From contig CM106586.1 in NCBI GenBank assembly GCA_048013815.1, positions 18,476,001 to 18,540,000 on the forward strand: a stretch of 64,000 nucleotides of DNA, given 5' to 3'. A program made the position numbers and the translations under genes. Below the pieces are notes generated by a model. It ran no database searches. It saw only the letters and a program-made list of their open reading frames with translations, and was not told the DNA's origin. Positions 1-12,492 of this stretch are shown here, piece by piece; positions within the stretch are counted from its first letter, which is position 1; each line of letters begins with the position of its first letter. Origin of the DNA: Setoptus koraiensis. Its lineage: Eukaryota > Animalia > Arthropoda.

Positions 1-1239
1 GCGAGCAGAAGCCGGCGGGCGCGAGAGAGCGGAAAGCGAAGAAGCTTCCTCGTCGCGGCGACGCTCGCCGCATCGATACTCGTTGCGTCAGCGCCATTGT
101 GGCCGGCTGCTCGTCCCGTCAGCCGCACCGTCATGGCCGTCACACAAGCGGCCATAAGTCACCGGCCGGCCGGCCGGCCACTTGTTATGAGCCATACACA
201 CAGTTTACAGTTACACAGGTAGCTCAGGTAACGGTGATCAGCGATCGCCGGTGAGTGATCGATGCGACCACATTATTATTGGAACACACACTTATTATAA
301 CAGTGTGTCAGAAGTGCACAATCGAAAGCGCCGCCGCTAAGTAGCGCTAAGCCAAAGCTGGCCAGCCAATAAATCACCTGTTGCTACCTGCGAGTGGCAG
401 TCGGTAGGTCGCTATTTGCAACTACCTGTGAGCCCGGCAACGGGCAACGGTTTGTGTGCTAACGCTTGTGTGTTTATCCGTTTATCCGTCCGCTCATTCC
501 GTTTACTTTTACCTACGCTTTTACCTGTGCGACTGTGTCGTCGTTGTTGTTGGCAAGGCGTCAAAAATATTCATCATTGGCATCGTTCGTTGATCCCATC
601 GCATCGCATCCCATTTCGACCGTCCCTTCGAACGAGACAAATGTGAATGGATTCCGTTCACTTGCACCTTCCACTGGCAGCTCGCTACTTCCACTTGCAC
701 CTTCCACTTGCAGCTCGCAGCTCGCACCTTGCACCTTGCAGCATGCACCAAGTCGGCGAGGGCAATAACGGCGGTTGCAGTTGTAGTCACAGCTACGTCC
801 AGTTGCTCTCATCAGACAGTCCCTCTCAAACAGACCGGTCAACACAATCAGCTGGCCGACCACCCTGCCAGCCGGCAATTGAGCGACAGTTGCTCTTACG
901 TAACGCTGTGTGTGTGTGTGTGCTCTTACGCAACTCGGTGTGGTCAAGCGGCCCATTGACACGTCTCAATGGCGGCCAGTGCATGTGCGATATGCGATGT
1001 GTGGCGTGTGCGATATGCGCCGCACGGCACGGCTCGGCGGCTGGCTGCCGGCCAACTATTACATAATATATATTTTATTGTTGTTGCTGCATGTTGCTGC
1101 ATGTTGCTGCATGCTGCTGCATGTTGGGCCGGCCGGCCAGTGGCCGGCACCACTGTTGCGGCGCAATGTTGCTGTTAGGCAATAACGGTGCCATTACGCA
1201 ACAACGGTGCATGTGCAGCCTATGTGTGCAGTGTGTGTG

Positions 1240-1372
1240 GTTGTTGTTGTTGGCGTCGTTGCCGCTGTTGTTGTTGTTGTTGGCGCTGTTGTTGCGGTTG
1301 TTGTTGTTGCTGTTGTTGTTGTTGCTGTTGTTGCGGTTGTTGTTGTTGCTGTTGTTGTTGTTGCTGTTGTTG
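1240..1372. repeat. Imperfect (GTT/GCT)n trinucleotide microsatellite, one of many CAA/GTT tracts in the window
   Basis: Direct reading; gives poly-V/L/C/Q/T/N ORFs in all six frames. Confidence 0.95.
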
Positions 1373-1990
1373 GCGTCGAGTTGGCGTGCATTTGCGGCGT
1401 GATTTGCATGCCATTGCGGCCCAATCGCAGCCAGTGACAGTCGCCTGACAGTGGCCACATCACGCCACTGATGGCAGCCGTGATTTGGGTTGCTGACGCA
1501 CAGTTGCGCAACTGTGTGATGAGTTGTGTGAAAGCGACCGGCCGGCCGGCCACAGACCGAGCCGGCGAGCACGAATCGGCCAGCAAGTCACACAATTGAA
1601 AGCGCTCACCTGTTCAATCACCTGGCCAGCGCCGTTCAACAAGCAACAGGTACGGTCACCTGTTGTTGTGTCACTGTTGACTCAACAGTCTAACGGTTGC
1701 TCGTTTCTCGTCGTTAACTGTGCCACTTTGGCTCGCCTGTCGACACTGTCTAATAATAGCTCTGTCTTGCATCTTGCATCGTGTGTCCTCTGTCTCTGTT
1801 CGCCAGTCTCTGTTCGCAAGTGTCGTCCGAGCGCCTGTGAGAGCTCAATCAACTGTCACTCACCTCGCCCGCCGCCGGCCGAATCAATGAACTGGCGCGA
1901 TATATGCCCATTCACAGGTTGTTGTCTCCTGTTTTGCGGCTGTCGTCTCATCCCGACCAACGGCACATGCACTGTCGCCGCTCGCCTCGC

Positions 1991-2030
1991 CTCGGCGACT
2001 CTCGGCGACTCTCGGCGACTCTCGGCGACT
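1991..2030. repeat. Tandem repeat (CTCGGCGACT)x4
   Basis: Four exact adjacent 10-mers. Confidence 0.95.
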
Positions 2031-4314
2031 CTCGAATGCGCTCTCGGGCGCACTCTGTCGGCCGGTGTCTCACGATGACAGTCGCATCCACACTCGGCCG
2101 GTCTCCGCGACCGGCGACGGTCCATGTGCCGTTGTGCTGGCCGCAGTGCCGCGCCGCCCGGCCAGAGGGCCAAAAAACAAACGTAACTCGATTTGAATCT
2201 CGCTCATTCATTATGGTCGCATTGTGCACAATGCGGCTCACCTGTTGACGATCCGTTGACAAGGCGAGCGAAAGTGCCCGCCGATGTCAACAGTGTCGCA
2301 ACTGTCGCTCTGTTTGCGGTGCATCGGCCGGCGCTGCGATCGCGCCCCATTTAGAATTGTGACCAAATCACAATAGCTCACCGCAAACTGTCTGCCACAC
2401 TGCCACTGTCAGACGCTGCAAACGAATTGCACTATCAACTGGCACACACTTAGACAGACAGCGCGCCACAATGAGCTAATCGAATGATGCAAACAATTCG
2501 AAAAGAATCGCTCCGTCTCGCCGGCGCAAGGGACACGAACGCCGACACAAGTCGCTTGTGTCATGATGCTGTCATGACGCTGTCATGACGCTGTCATGAT
2601 GCGCCGGCGCCGCTGCCAGCGCCGCAAAGTCGCCCGCTCGCCCGCTCGGCCGGTCATGCGGAGTTGCGGAGTTGCGGTCGCCAACAAAGTTGCGCAATGC
2701 ACACACGAATCATGTGACATGATAATAAAATAAACGCTTTCAGACGGCTTTTTGTTGTCGCTCGTCTGCTCGCTGTCGGCCGTGGTCGCTTGTGCGCCCT
2801 CGCGACCCGCCACTCACGACCCGCCACTTACGACCCGCGACCCGCCACTTACGACCCGCGACCCGCCACTGACGACCCGCAAGTTACGAGGGCGCCGCTC
2901 GCAATTGCGACTCGCACCCGCCCGCCGCTCGCATTGCAATTGGCGCATTGTGACCCGCGAGCATGTCAGATGCGCCCAAATCGCACACCGACGCTGTCGC
3001 GGCCATTAGCGTCCAATTTTATCGGGCTCCGGCTCGACGTTGGCCGGTCTCACATCATTACCCGTGTACATGTAATGTACCCGTGCAACCGCGCGCTATT
3101 ACCCGGCAGAATCGCGTACCGTTGGCCGCCAGAGTGCCGCCACCAGAGTGACGCGACACAAGAGTCCCGTGCTGTTGGCGTGCATGCGGCGGGCCGTTAT
3201 CTCGCCAGTCAATGGCGGCCATTGGTTATCTCGCCACTGGCGCCACCACGCCATCGGCCGCGCAGCCAATTAAGTCGGCAATTAATTGCGACCGCGCGTA
3301 GCCAGCCTGCGAATGCTCCGGCGATTCGCAGCGATCCGTCCATTTATCTGCCATCATCAGCTGACCGGCCATTCAATGTGCGTCACAGATACATGCGGAG
3401 ATAACTGGCAGCCTGTGGGTACGACAAGTGCGCCCACACAATGAACGCCAATTCTCTGTTCGATGCGCGTTCGATGCGCGTTCGATTCGCGTTCGATGCG
3501 CGTTCGATTCGCGCTCGAATGGCTCGTGTGCACGTTCGAACGGCACGAGGGCCGATTATCGAGCGCGGCCCACGGACGAGTCGTGAGTGGCAGTTTCGTT
3601 GGCAAGTGGGCCCATTAGGCCGGCTCTCAAATCTCGTCGTTTCAGGCGAAACTCGTCGTTTTGGGCGAAATTTGTGCACGCAAGTCGCGCACATGGACGC
3701 GCAGCGAACGACGCATATTTGCAAACGAACGTGCTCTTTTTTCCAAAGTTTTTCGCTGCTCGCTCGGTCTCTCTTCGCGTCCATTAAATATATCAAATTA
3801 AATATATCAAATTAAATATATCAAATACATTGCGAGAATAGAGAGACAAGCAATAATAAGCTGGCTTGTTCGCATGGCAAAGTGGACAGTTCCCACGCAA
3901 CCAGTTTGCACAATTTAGAGCGTGACCAGCGCGCTCATTAGGCGGCCAGTACGCGCACAATGATGGCGCGCATGGTAGCCAATAAATAAACTAAATAAAT
4001 TGTTAGCTTAAATGGTTAGTGGTGACGTCCAGCTGACAGTGCATTGATTTATGCTGTTTGGTCATCATTAAAACCGTTGCTCGTTTCTCTTTAATTTATA
4101 GTTTAATTTATTTATAGTGTGCGAATTTCGCTCCGAAATTCGCCGTGCCATACCCATCATTGGCCCTGGGCCACAGACAGGCAAAGCCCCAAAACGCAAG
4201 CACCACCTTTCGAGAGAAAACTCTAAAATTAAAACCCCACAATACCCCAAACTAACCACTTATATCTGTTATTTTTGTATCTGTTATTTTTGAATCATAT
4301 CTCGCAACAAACAG

Positions 4315-7300
4315 GAGCTGTTGCGCTCAATGCCCGACTGTCTGCTCATGGGACGCCACTATCACGACTGGATCGAGGCCATCAAACAAGTGGAATCGTG
4401 CAATTCGAGCGAGCGCCAACAGGGCGCCAATCAATTCAAGAAATTACTGGACAGTCTGAATGAGGCCAACTCAAACCTGCTGAGGCACTGCATGTGCATT
4501 TTGTGGCACATTGCGCACAATGCCCACTACAACAAGATGTCGTCCACCAATTTGGGTGTGTGCATCGGACAGAGTTTGTTGTTTGACGGCCGGAAGTCGC
4601 TCACGAACCACTCGATAAAGGCGCAAACGGTAAGTTTTGGCTTCTCATTTCGCTTCTCATTTCGCTTATTGTTCGCCTCTTAGTTCGTGTGTCGCCTCGC
4701 CTCTCCCCTCGCCGGCCCTTGCACATTGTCCGCTGAGCACGTTATTTGGCACGAGATTTGTTTTGTTTCGCATTAGCGGCGCGCCGGCCAGCGCTAATCC
4801 GCGATCCAACGCACACTTGTTCGTCACTCGTTCGTCCAAGGCTCTCCGTTCGTTTCGAGCCACATTGTCCGGCTTCTGGCTCGACAATCTGCCTTGTCCA
4901 TTATCCCTCGTCGTGCCCGATTATCGTGCCTATCACACGGGCATCACTATCGCATCTATTATCACTATTCTCACAATGCCCGTTCCACGCACGAGATGCT
5001 ATTATCGGATATCCAAATATCATCGGATATTTGATAAGCCGGCGACAGCGGGCTCGTGGCGCGCACCGCAAACAATTGCCGCTTGTCTCGGCCACCACGA
5101 ACGGCGCAAACGGCTCGAATGGCTCGAATGACATGGATGCAATTTCCCAGCAATTTCCGCGCATTTCCACCCTCGCAACTGCGTCAGCTCAGGTGAGTCG
5201 CCTGGCCGCAACAACGGCAACTGTCGCCCGCTGCCGGAATCGCTCGCTGTCCGCGCTCATTGTTCGCGTCGGGCACTCTGTCCCGTCGGCGCGGATCGGC
5301 TCCGCGGCCACCCGCTCGCTGACAACAGCGACGCATATCCGCGCATGTGGCAGCCATGTGGTCGCATACCTTTGGGCCATAAATACAAGCCAGCAACATG
5401 TTTTATATTTGTGCCCTGCGCCGGTCGCCGCTGGCCTAGGGAGCGCGGGCGGCCGCACCGGCTCGAGCGGTCGCCGCAGCGAGCCGGCCGGACGAAGCGT
5501 CGATTTGATTCCAGTGCTCTAATTTGATTTATCATCGGCCGGCAGCGAGAGTCGGCCAGCGCTCGACCAATTTCGCCGATTTGATTTGACAGGGGCGAGC
5601 CCGAGGCGCTGGCCGGACGCGTACTCTGGTGCCCGACGCTGCAAACAACATATCGCCGACACAATATCGGACACAAATAGCAACGGCACACAATCGCCCT
5701 GTCCACTTGTTTGATCCAATCAAACAAAGCCAATTTGTCTTGTTGGTTCACGCGTGGCCGTCGCTGTCGACGGTCCGCTCGGCCGGCGGCACCGACCAAC
5801 AACCGCACCGGCCAGCGACGGCCACGAACGGGCAAACAAGTCGGCCAAATAATGGGTTTCGTCCTCGGGCTTCGGGGCGCCATCTAGCATGACGGTGGGC
5901 GATAATAAATGAGGCAAAGCACAAAGCAAACAGTGCCCGATTTCGTGTCGTGCCGTGTCTCGCTGCGGCCGCATCCCGTCGCGGCTCGTCCCGTCCGATC
6001 TTATCGGATCAGATCGGCCGACGGGCTCTACATTATTTGCTCGTATCGGGCGCTGTTGTTTTTATCGCTGGCTTCCATCTTGCTGCTGCCGATACCCGGC
6101 CAATGCTCGGTCGCAGCTCGGCCGATACACGATCGGGCCGAATCGATGGCATTCCGCGACCATCGCGGAATCATTAATCAACTTTTCGTTGCCATATGCG
6201 ATAAATCCCGTGCGATGCAGATTTAGATGTTTGGCACTTTAACAAGCCCATCGGCCGTTTGTGTGCGTTGATGCAACCGATGGCATCATTGATCAAACAA
6301 AATAACAAATATCCAGCCAGCGGTCAGCTCGTCAGCGGCGCACTCTCGATTTTGGGCCGAATTTGGCCAAATTTGGCCAAAAAATCCAGTGCCGAACGCT
6401 GCCCAAATACCGGCCACATGATGCGAAATATAACAAAATAAATAATCCGATAAATGATGAGTTTGTTTGCTGGCGGGCGAAAGTTTTGCTCGGGTCGCCG
6501 CGCCGACAATTGTCAGCCTGTTTGCAGTTTCGCATTGTCTGTTCACCTGTCTCATTTTGGCCCCTCCTGTCGTGTTAACTTAATTAACCGTGTATGCAAC
6601 TATCGCCATTAACTGTAACAGGAAATGTCGGAATACGTGCCCAAGGTGATCAGTTATCTCATCGACAATTGTCTCGATTTGTTCGGACAGGATGTGGTGC
6701 ATGTGTTCGGAGACAGGCCAACGGAGTACCAGCAGCACCTACTGCCCACCGGCGCCACGCCAACCACCACCGCCACCACAACGCCAATAACAACAACAGT
6801 CACACCACCGGCGACGCCGTTATCGGCGCCGGACCCGCAACAACCCTACAACAACCTATTGCGGCCCATGGATCATGCGGACGCGACACCCCTGCGAGCT
6901 CTCTCCTCAAATTCGGGCTCGTCGACCTACGGCTACATGTCGACCAGCTCGACATCGTCCACTTCCTCCGCCCTGTCTGGCGGCTCGTCCGCTTGCTCGG
7001 GCCGGTCGCCGACGCCGCCCCACCACCAATATCGGCAGCCATCTAGTCAAACAAACTGCGCTGCAAGCGACCCGGCCGCCGCACAAGCGGCGCCCCCAGC
7101 GGCGGACTCGCTGGCTCAGCAAGCCGCCAGGGTCGCCGGCAACGAAGAACACAAACGCGAAAGAATATTCCTATCCAACAAAGACCAACAACAGCAGCAA
7201 CAGCAGCAACAACAGCAACAACAACAACAACAACAACAACAGCAACAACAACAGCAACAACAGCAGCAGCAGCAGCAGCTAGTCACGGCCAACGGTCAGC

Positions 7301-10206
7301 CTGCGCACAACGGCGATTTGCACAACAACAACAGGTTGTCGCAGAACACAACCAACAAACCCGTGCCCGCCAAAAGAGCCATCAACCTCGTGCCGGCGGA
7401 CACGCCCCGGGACCCGGCGAGGGATGCGCCCCACCAGATTCATCACATTGATTGCGGGGCCAAATCGTCGGTGCCCATTTCAAGCCATCGTCATCCTCAT
7501 CATTTGGACCGCGCGCTGCAGTCGCTGGGCGCCGGGCCCGATGCCGGTCAATTGTCGCCCGTTTGCCCGTCACTGTTGTCGTTGCACAGCGTTGGCGCAC
7601 AATCAGCCCGTCTGTCTAGATCGTCGCGCTGCTCTCACGCCCTATTGGCCAGAGTGCGACGAGCCCGAAGTCACAGCGGGGGCGGCCTCAAGAGGCTCCA
7701 GTCGGAGCCCGACGTGTCACAGCACAGCGCAACACGAAAGCATGATTACATGATGGATTTGAACTCTTGCTCGTCCATCGACATGACAGTTGACAGTGAG
7801 CACGTGGCAGCAAGCCAACAAGCTAGCGGACGCTATTGGACAAGTGGCGCGGGTAGCCAAAATGAGCCGGTCAGCGGAACGAGGCAATCGGCCCAGGTAG
7901 AGGATGAGACGACGACGCACAACGTCACAGGTACAAATTGTATGAGAGAGGCCATCAGTTTGGAGCCTAGCGGTAGATTGTGCGCCCAAATAACGGAGAG
8001 GATACGCGACGACACCGTTTATTATTTGTCGTTGCCCTCAATTCATCGACACCTACACAACAGCGACGATGACAGTTCCGATGACGATTCCGACCCGCAC
8101 CACAATGGCATAATGAGTGATAGTGGCGCTGCCAACAAGCTGACCAACAGCAGCAACAACAGCGACAGCAACAACAATGCCAGCACTAGAACGGTGTCCG
8201 AATCGTCGTCTCATAATCAGTTGCATCATTTGATGGATGGCGCCGGCTCGTCGTCGTTGTCGGCCGGCTCGTCGTCGTCGTCGCCCTCGTCGCCCTCAAT
8301 GATGCCCATAATCACTGGCTACCAGAGTCGCAGCAACGCCGATCGTCAGTTGGACAAATTGATGGTGTCGCGAGCATCGTCAACTGCCACCACAACAACC
8401 GACAGTGGCCAAATATCGGCCCAACTAACATCGTCGTCATCATCCTCGTCGTCGTCGTCGGCAGCGTCAACATCGTCGTCAACCAGCGAAAGTAGATCAA
8501 GTCCGTCCTCTAGCGGCGCCTCAAGTCACAGTAGTTGCAGCAACAACGACGACGATGACGACGACAATCTCAGCGAATGCCAAATGGTTATTACGTCATG
8601 TTCGCCTTCGTCGGGCTCGTCAGCGTCGGATCACGAGACCACCAGGCTAGCCAAGGCACAGACAAAACATACAGCTTGTGACAAACAAAAGCGACAAATC
8701 GACGACTTGTCCAAAGCGACCGTAATTAGTGTTCAGCAGCAACATACAACGGAGCCCCACAATGGCACAAAACCGCGCATTGGTCTGGCCCGTATCATGG
8801 GCATCTCAATGTCGTCGTTGGGTCAAATCAACAGAAGTGTCCATCACAGCAGTCATCCCGCTCTGGCTAGCGATTCGTCTAGCGGCGATGACGACGACGA
8901 CGACGACGATATGTCGATTGGCTCGCCGGAGTCAACCGTTGCCAGCACGGTCACTTCGAGCTTCGACATGGCCGACGAGGTGGACTCAATTGGGACATCA
9001 GGTACAACGTTAACTCATGCCGGCCTCGATACAGTGGCAGTGAAAATAAATGAACAAGTCAAAAGCAATGCAGACGCCACCATCAATGCCGATGCGAAAC
9101 AACAAACAAATCAAGTCAATGCTAGGCTAGCCCAAAGAGTGCGACCATTCTCCATGATACACATCGGATCTACATCGCCATCAATTAATCATTCAACAGG
9201 CGAAGTGGTGGTCGGCCAATATTGCAACAATCACAATGGTTTAACAAACAACAACAGCTTCTCTCAGCCACCAAAGATACCCGTCCAGTATACAACCTCA
9301 TGCTATGGTGGTCAAGCAATCATTTACAATCCTAGATCCAATAGTGACCCAAACAATCAAATTGACAAGTCAGCTTCGTTGATGGTGCAAGGTGCTAATA
9401 ATAACAGCATTCACTACAATCAACAACAACACCAGCACAAGCTCCACCATCAGTCCACCAATTCGTTGTCTAGAGGTCAGTCTATGGTCAATCTCGTTGA
9501 ATCCTATACAAATCTAATTAACAACCACAACAACAATGGTTACATGACGGTGCGACACCAACAACAACAATACCTTCAGCAGCCCACATCGTTGCTTCAT
9601 CATCAGCAACAACAACAACAACAACACCAGTATCATAATCACAACCACCAACAACTACACCAACTACACGGCTACCCCCGGCTGGCCCAATCTCGTTCTC
9701 AGGTGCAGTTACTTAGGGATCATTATTTATCATTGCATCATCAACAACAACAACAGCAACATCAGCAACAACATCAACAACATCGGCATATCAATCAATT
9801 GAGGGCTCATCATTTTCAACAGATGCGCCAACAACAATCGATAGAGCAACATACTCAGCAACCACAACAGCAGCAACAGAATGTAATTCCTAGTCGCTCA
9901 ACAACAACCTCTATCCGGGTGATAAAACAACAACCAACAGGCAATAATCAGCAAATTCAGCCGGCCAGAATCATTGTGGGCCCTCCGGCCAGTCATTACA
10001 TTCAGTACAACTCTTTACAATATCACCATCAACAACAGCAGCAACAACAGAGATCACAACAAATACAGAAACAACAGCAACAATTATTCAACCAGCAGCG
10101 ACAAAATCACTATCCGCACCAACAACAACCAAAACACTATCATCAAATGCATCATGATCTTCCAGTGGACCTATTGAATCAATGGACCGAGAGCACCATG
10201 GTCTAG
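4315..10206 (+). CDS. Rho GTPase-activating protein, ARHGAP20-like, 5'-incomplete. Exons 4315-4629 and 6622-10206; earlier exons probably lie upstream of the window
   Basis: Exon 4315-4629 encodes ELLRSMPDCLL...HYNKMSSTNLGVCIGQSLLF (RhoGAP C-terminal half with the N-x-M-x-x-x-N-L motif). Phase-0 GT-AG splice (ACG|GTAAGT ... TAACAG|GAA) joins it to EMSEYVPKVISYLIDNCLDLFG, which completes the domain, followed by a ~1,170-aa low-complexity S/Q/N/H tail. Subfamily call is from remembered similarity. Confidence 0.85.
7186..7278 (+). repeat. Coding CAA/CAG tract, 31 Gln, in the RhoGAP tail
   Basis: 93 nt of CAA/CAG in frame. Confidence 0.95.
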
Positions 10207-10298
10207 TTTTTAGTCATATTATATGTGTTTATGTAAATATAGAAAATATTATACATTAAAATAGAGGGTGTGTAAATTCTTTAAATAAAATGAAATGA

Positions 10299-11492
10299 TC
10301 AAAAATTGATTGTAAAAGCCTGTGGTTTTGGTGCGAGTTTTCTGTGATTACTATGGTCGGCTAGTGCTGAACGTTGTCTCAAGTTACCACGCTTAATTTC
10401 GTCATCTGATATGTCCATTTTATTGAATGTTTCCAACTCCAGAGCGTATGAGGATTGATGGAGAGGCTTTTGTAGTTTGTTTCTCCGGGCCAACTCGTTA
10501 ACTCTATCCAATGGGTCATGCATAGGACGTTTCTTCTGCATAGGCAGTGTACTTGCGTCCATTATTTCGCCCACTTCATCCGCAATGGGCAAATTCGATA
10601 CAGGCAAGCGTTTTACAGATAGTTTATCTTTCAGTTCAAGGTTCTCCTCTTCGATCTTGCTGAGTCTCTTGTTTAAATCTGCCAATTTGCGCTCGAGTTG
10701 GGCATTTTCTCTGGCATAACGTTCTTTGTGAGCCCTCTCCATATTCCAGGATGTTTCTGTGATATGCAGCTCGCCCTTGAGTTTCTCAATGTCTTCATTG
10801 ACAGATCTTTCAGACAATTGATGACGGAGAGCTTTGTTTTGTGCTCTTAAATTGTATAATTCCTCTATGGGCTCTTCTCTCTCCTCTTGATGATTCATTG
10901 GTTCCTTGGGGCTGGATCGTTTGCGCTCTTGTATCATCTGCTTCATTTGATTAGTCAATGCTCTGTTTTTGGTGCGCAAATTGTGCAATTCCTCTGACAG
11001 ATCCTCTTGTTCGGCTGGTTTATTTTTTTGATTTTCTGCTACAACTTCCCTCAACTTCTCTATCTCTTTAATGCTAAGTGATAATTCATTTGTTTTCTCT
11101 TCAAGTTCTACCTTGGCCGCCATGAGTTTCATTGCGAGATCCGATGTCTGTTCCGTGCGGGATTCGTACCTTTGATTGAGATTCTCATTTTCGTTTCTGA
11201 GCGTAGTAACAAGTTCGGAGAGGCTCTTGTTTTCCTCTTCTAGTGTATCGTTTCTCATTTTGAGTTTGTCGTTTTGAGCCTTCAATGTTTCATGGCTGGT
11301 CTCTATATCGTCAAGGCCGGATGTGAATTCGGCAATCTGTTGCCGTAATATCGACACTATTTCACATTTTTCTTCATAGTTTTTTGTCATTTCATTCAGG
11401 TCAGCTTGAAGTTTATCATTTTTCAGCTGTTCGTCGATGAATTTATCAGACAGCTCCTGTATCTCGCGTAGCCTCTTGTACTCGTTGTCCAT
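10299..11492 (-). CDS. Single-exon 397-aa coiled-coil protein with a C-terminal NuMA/Mud/LIN-5-like motif
   Basis: Long ORF with good start context (CACCATGG) and E/K/L heptad composition. RVNELARRNKLQKPLHQSSYALE resembles the NuMA tail motif RIAELQQRNRVCPPHLKTCYPLE (recalled from memory). CDS is secure, family call moderate. Confidence 0.7.
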   Translation of the reverse strand: MDNEYKRLREIQELSDKFIDEQLKNDKLQADLNEMTKNYEEKCEIVSILRQQIAEFTSGLDDIETSHETLKAQNDKLKMRNDTLEEENKSLSELVTTLRNENENLNQRYESRTEQTSDLAMKLMAAKVELEEKTNELSLSIKEIEKLREVVAENQKNKPAEQEDLSEELHNLRTKNRALTNQMKQMIQERKRSSPKEPMNHQEEREEPIEELYNLRAQNKALRHQLSERSVNEDIEKLKGELHITETSWNMERAHKERYARENAQLERKLADLNKRLSKIEEENLELKDKLSVKRLPVSNLPIADEVGEIMDASTLPMQKKRPMHDPLDRVNELARRNKLQKPLHQSSYALELETFNKMDISDDEIKRGNLRQRSALADHSNHRKLAPKPQAFTINF

Positions 11493-11715
11493 GGTGCTTG
11501 TTAAAATAGATGCTGCTCACGACGCCAAGAATAAAAGCCAATGTTGAAATGAATGTATATGTAAATGATTAAATAAATGGTCGACTAGTTATTATGATGC
11601 AAATTGATGTGATGTAATAAATAAAAACTACAGGTATTGTATTTAGTGCAGTGATCAACAATTTGTCCAATGTGACCTGCTAGTCGGACACGACTCGCGA
11701 ACAACTCTCACTATA

Positions 11716-11933
11716 TATAGGGTGTCCCAGTCAAATGTGCACGATGCGAGAGGCACTGTGCTGCACGAGTGCACAGAACGTACAACTGTACCGATTTTGT
11801 ATTCATACGGACGCTAATTTGACTAGAAATAAATATACGATCTGCAACCGAGCGCCGAACATCCTGTGCTGAATGGGCCTGAACTCGTGGCCTGCAAAGA
11901 GCGCGAATCACACTTTGCTTAGAGCACCCTGTA
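11716..11933. mobile_element. Degenerate Tc1/mariner-type MITE (~214 bp between TA dinucleotides)
   Basis: Left end TA|TAGGGTGTCCCAGTCAAATGTG; right end reverse-complemented TA|CAGGGTGCTCTAAGCAAAGTGTG. Imperfect terminal inverted repeats starting (C/T)AGGGTG, TA on both sides, no transposase. Confidence 0.5.
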
Positions 11934-12492
11934 CGCGCACACAACGACAAAAGAAAAACTCAAAACCGTTAGAGGTGTGATTAATGCGCATGCGCGTGTT
12001 TAACTCGTGTTGAGCGCGTACCCTCGCTTACCCCATGCACAGAAGCCAGGTATTGGGGCAACGTAACGAGTTGCGTCTGACGGGGTGCAATCGGGGTATT
12101 TCTCATATGTTTGCTAGTAAACGACAAATAAAATAAAATAATGACGAGAAAATAAAGCCGCTGACATAATCATTTGTAAATATTTTCTCATCAGAGAAAA
12201 CGTTGTTTCCGTTGGATTATCAACATTTATTATTATTGATGTAACTTCTTTTTTGTTATTATTGTTATTGTTACCTTTGTTACCATGACTACCATCCATG
12301 ACCATATCCAGGGGTCATAGATAGCGCTATTGCGACCATGTTACGGCCATCTTTTTATTGTCGTTCAATAGGATCCATTTTTAGACAATAATTTACTATT
12401 GCATGAATACAAAACCCTCATTCGGACGCCACATCAATTTATCAATTAATTAGAAACAATACAAAAACATCTGAATTTTGTGCAAACAGTTT

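Noticed and set aside
416-4260. Dozens of 60-200-aa ORFs in both directions
   Set aside because: Low-complexity or Arg/Ala/Pro-rich products of GC-rich repeats with no domain signature; most likely RhoGAP intron.
4746-5883. 258-aa (+) and 208-aa (-) ORFs
   Set aside because: Inside the RhoGAP intron, no recognisable motifs, length explained by GC content; only the 42-nt microexon candidate was kept.
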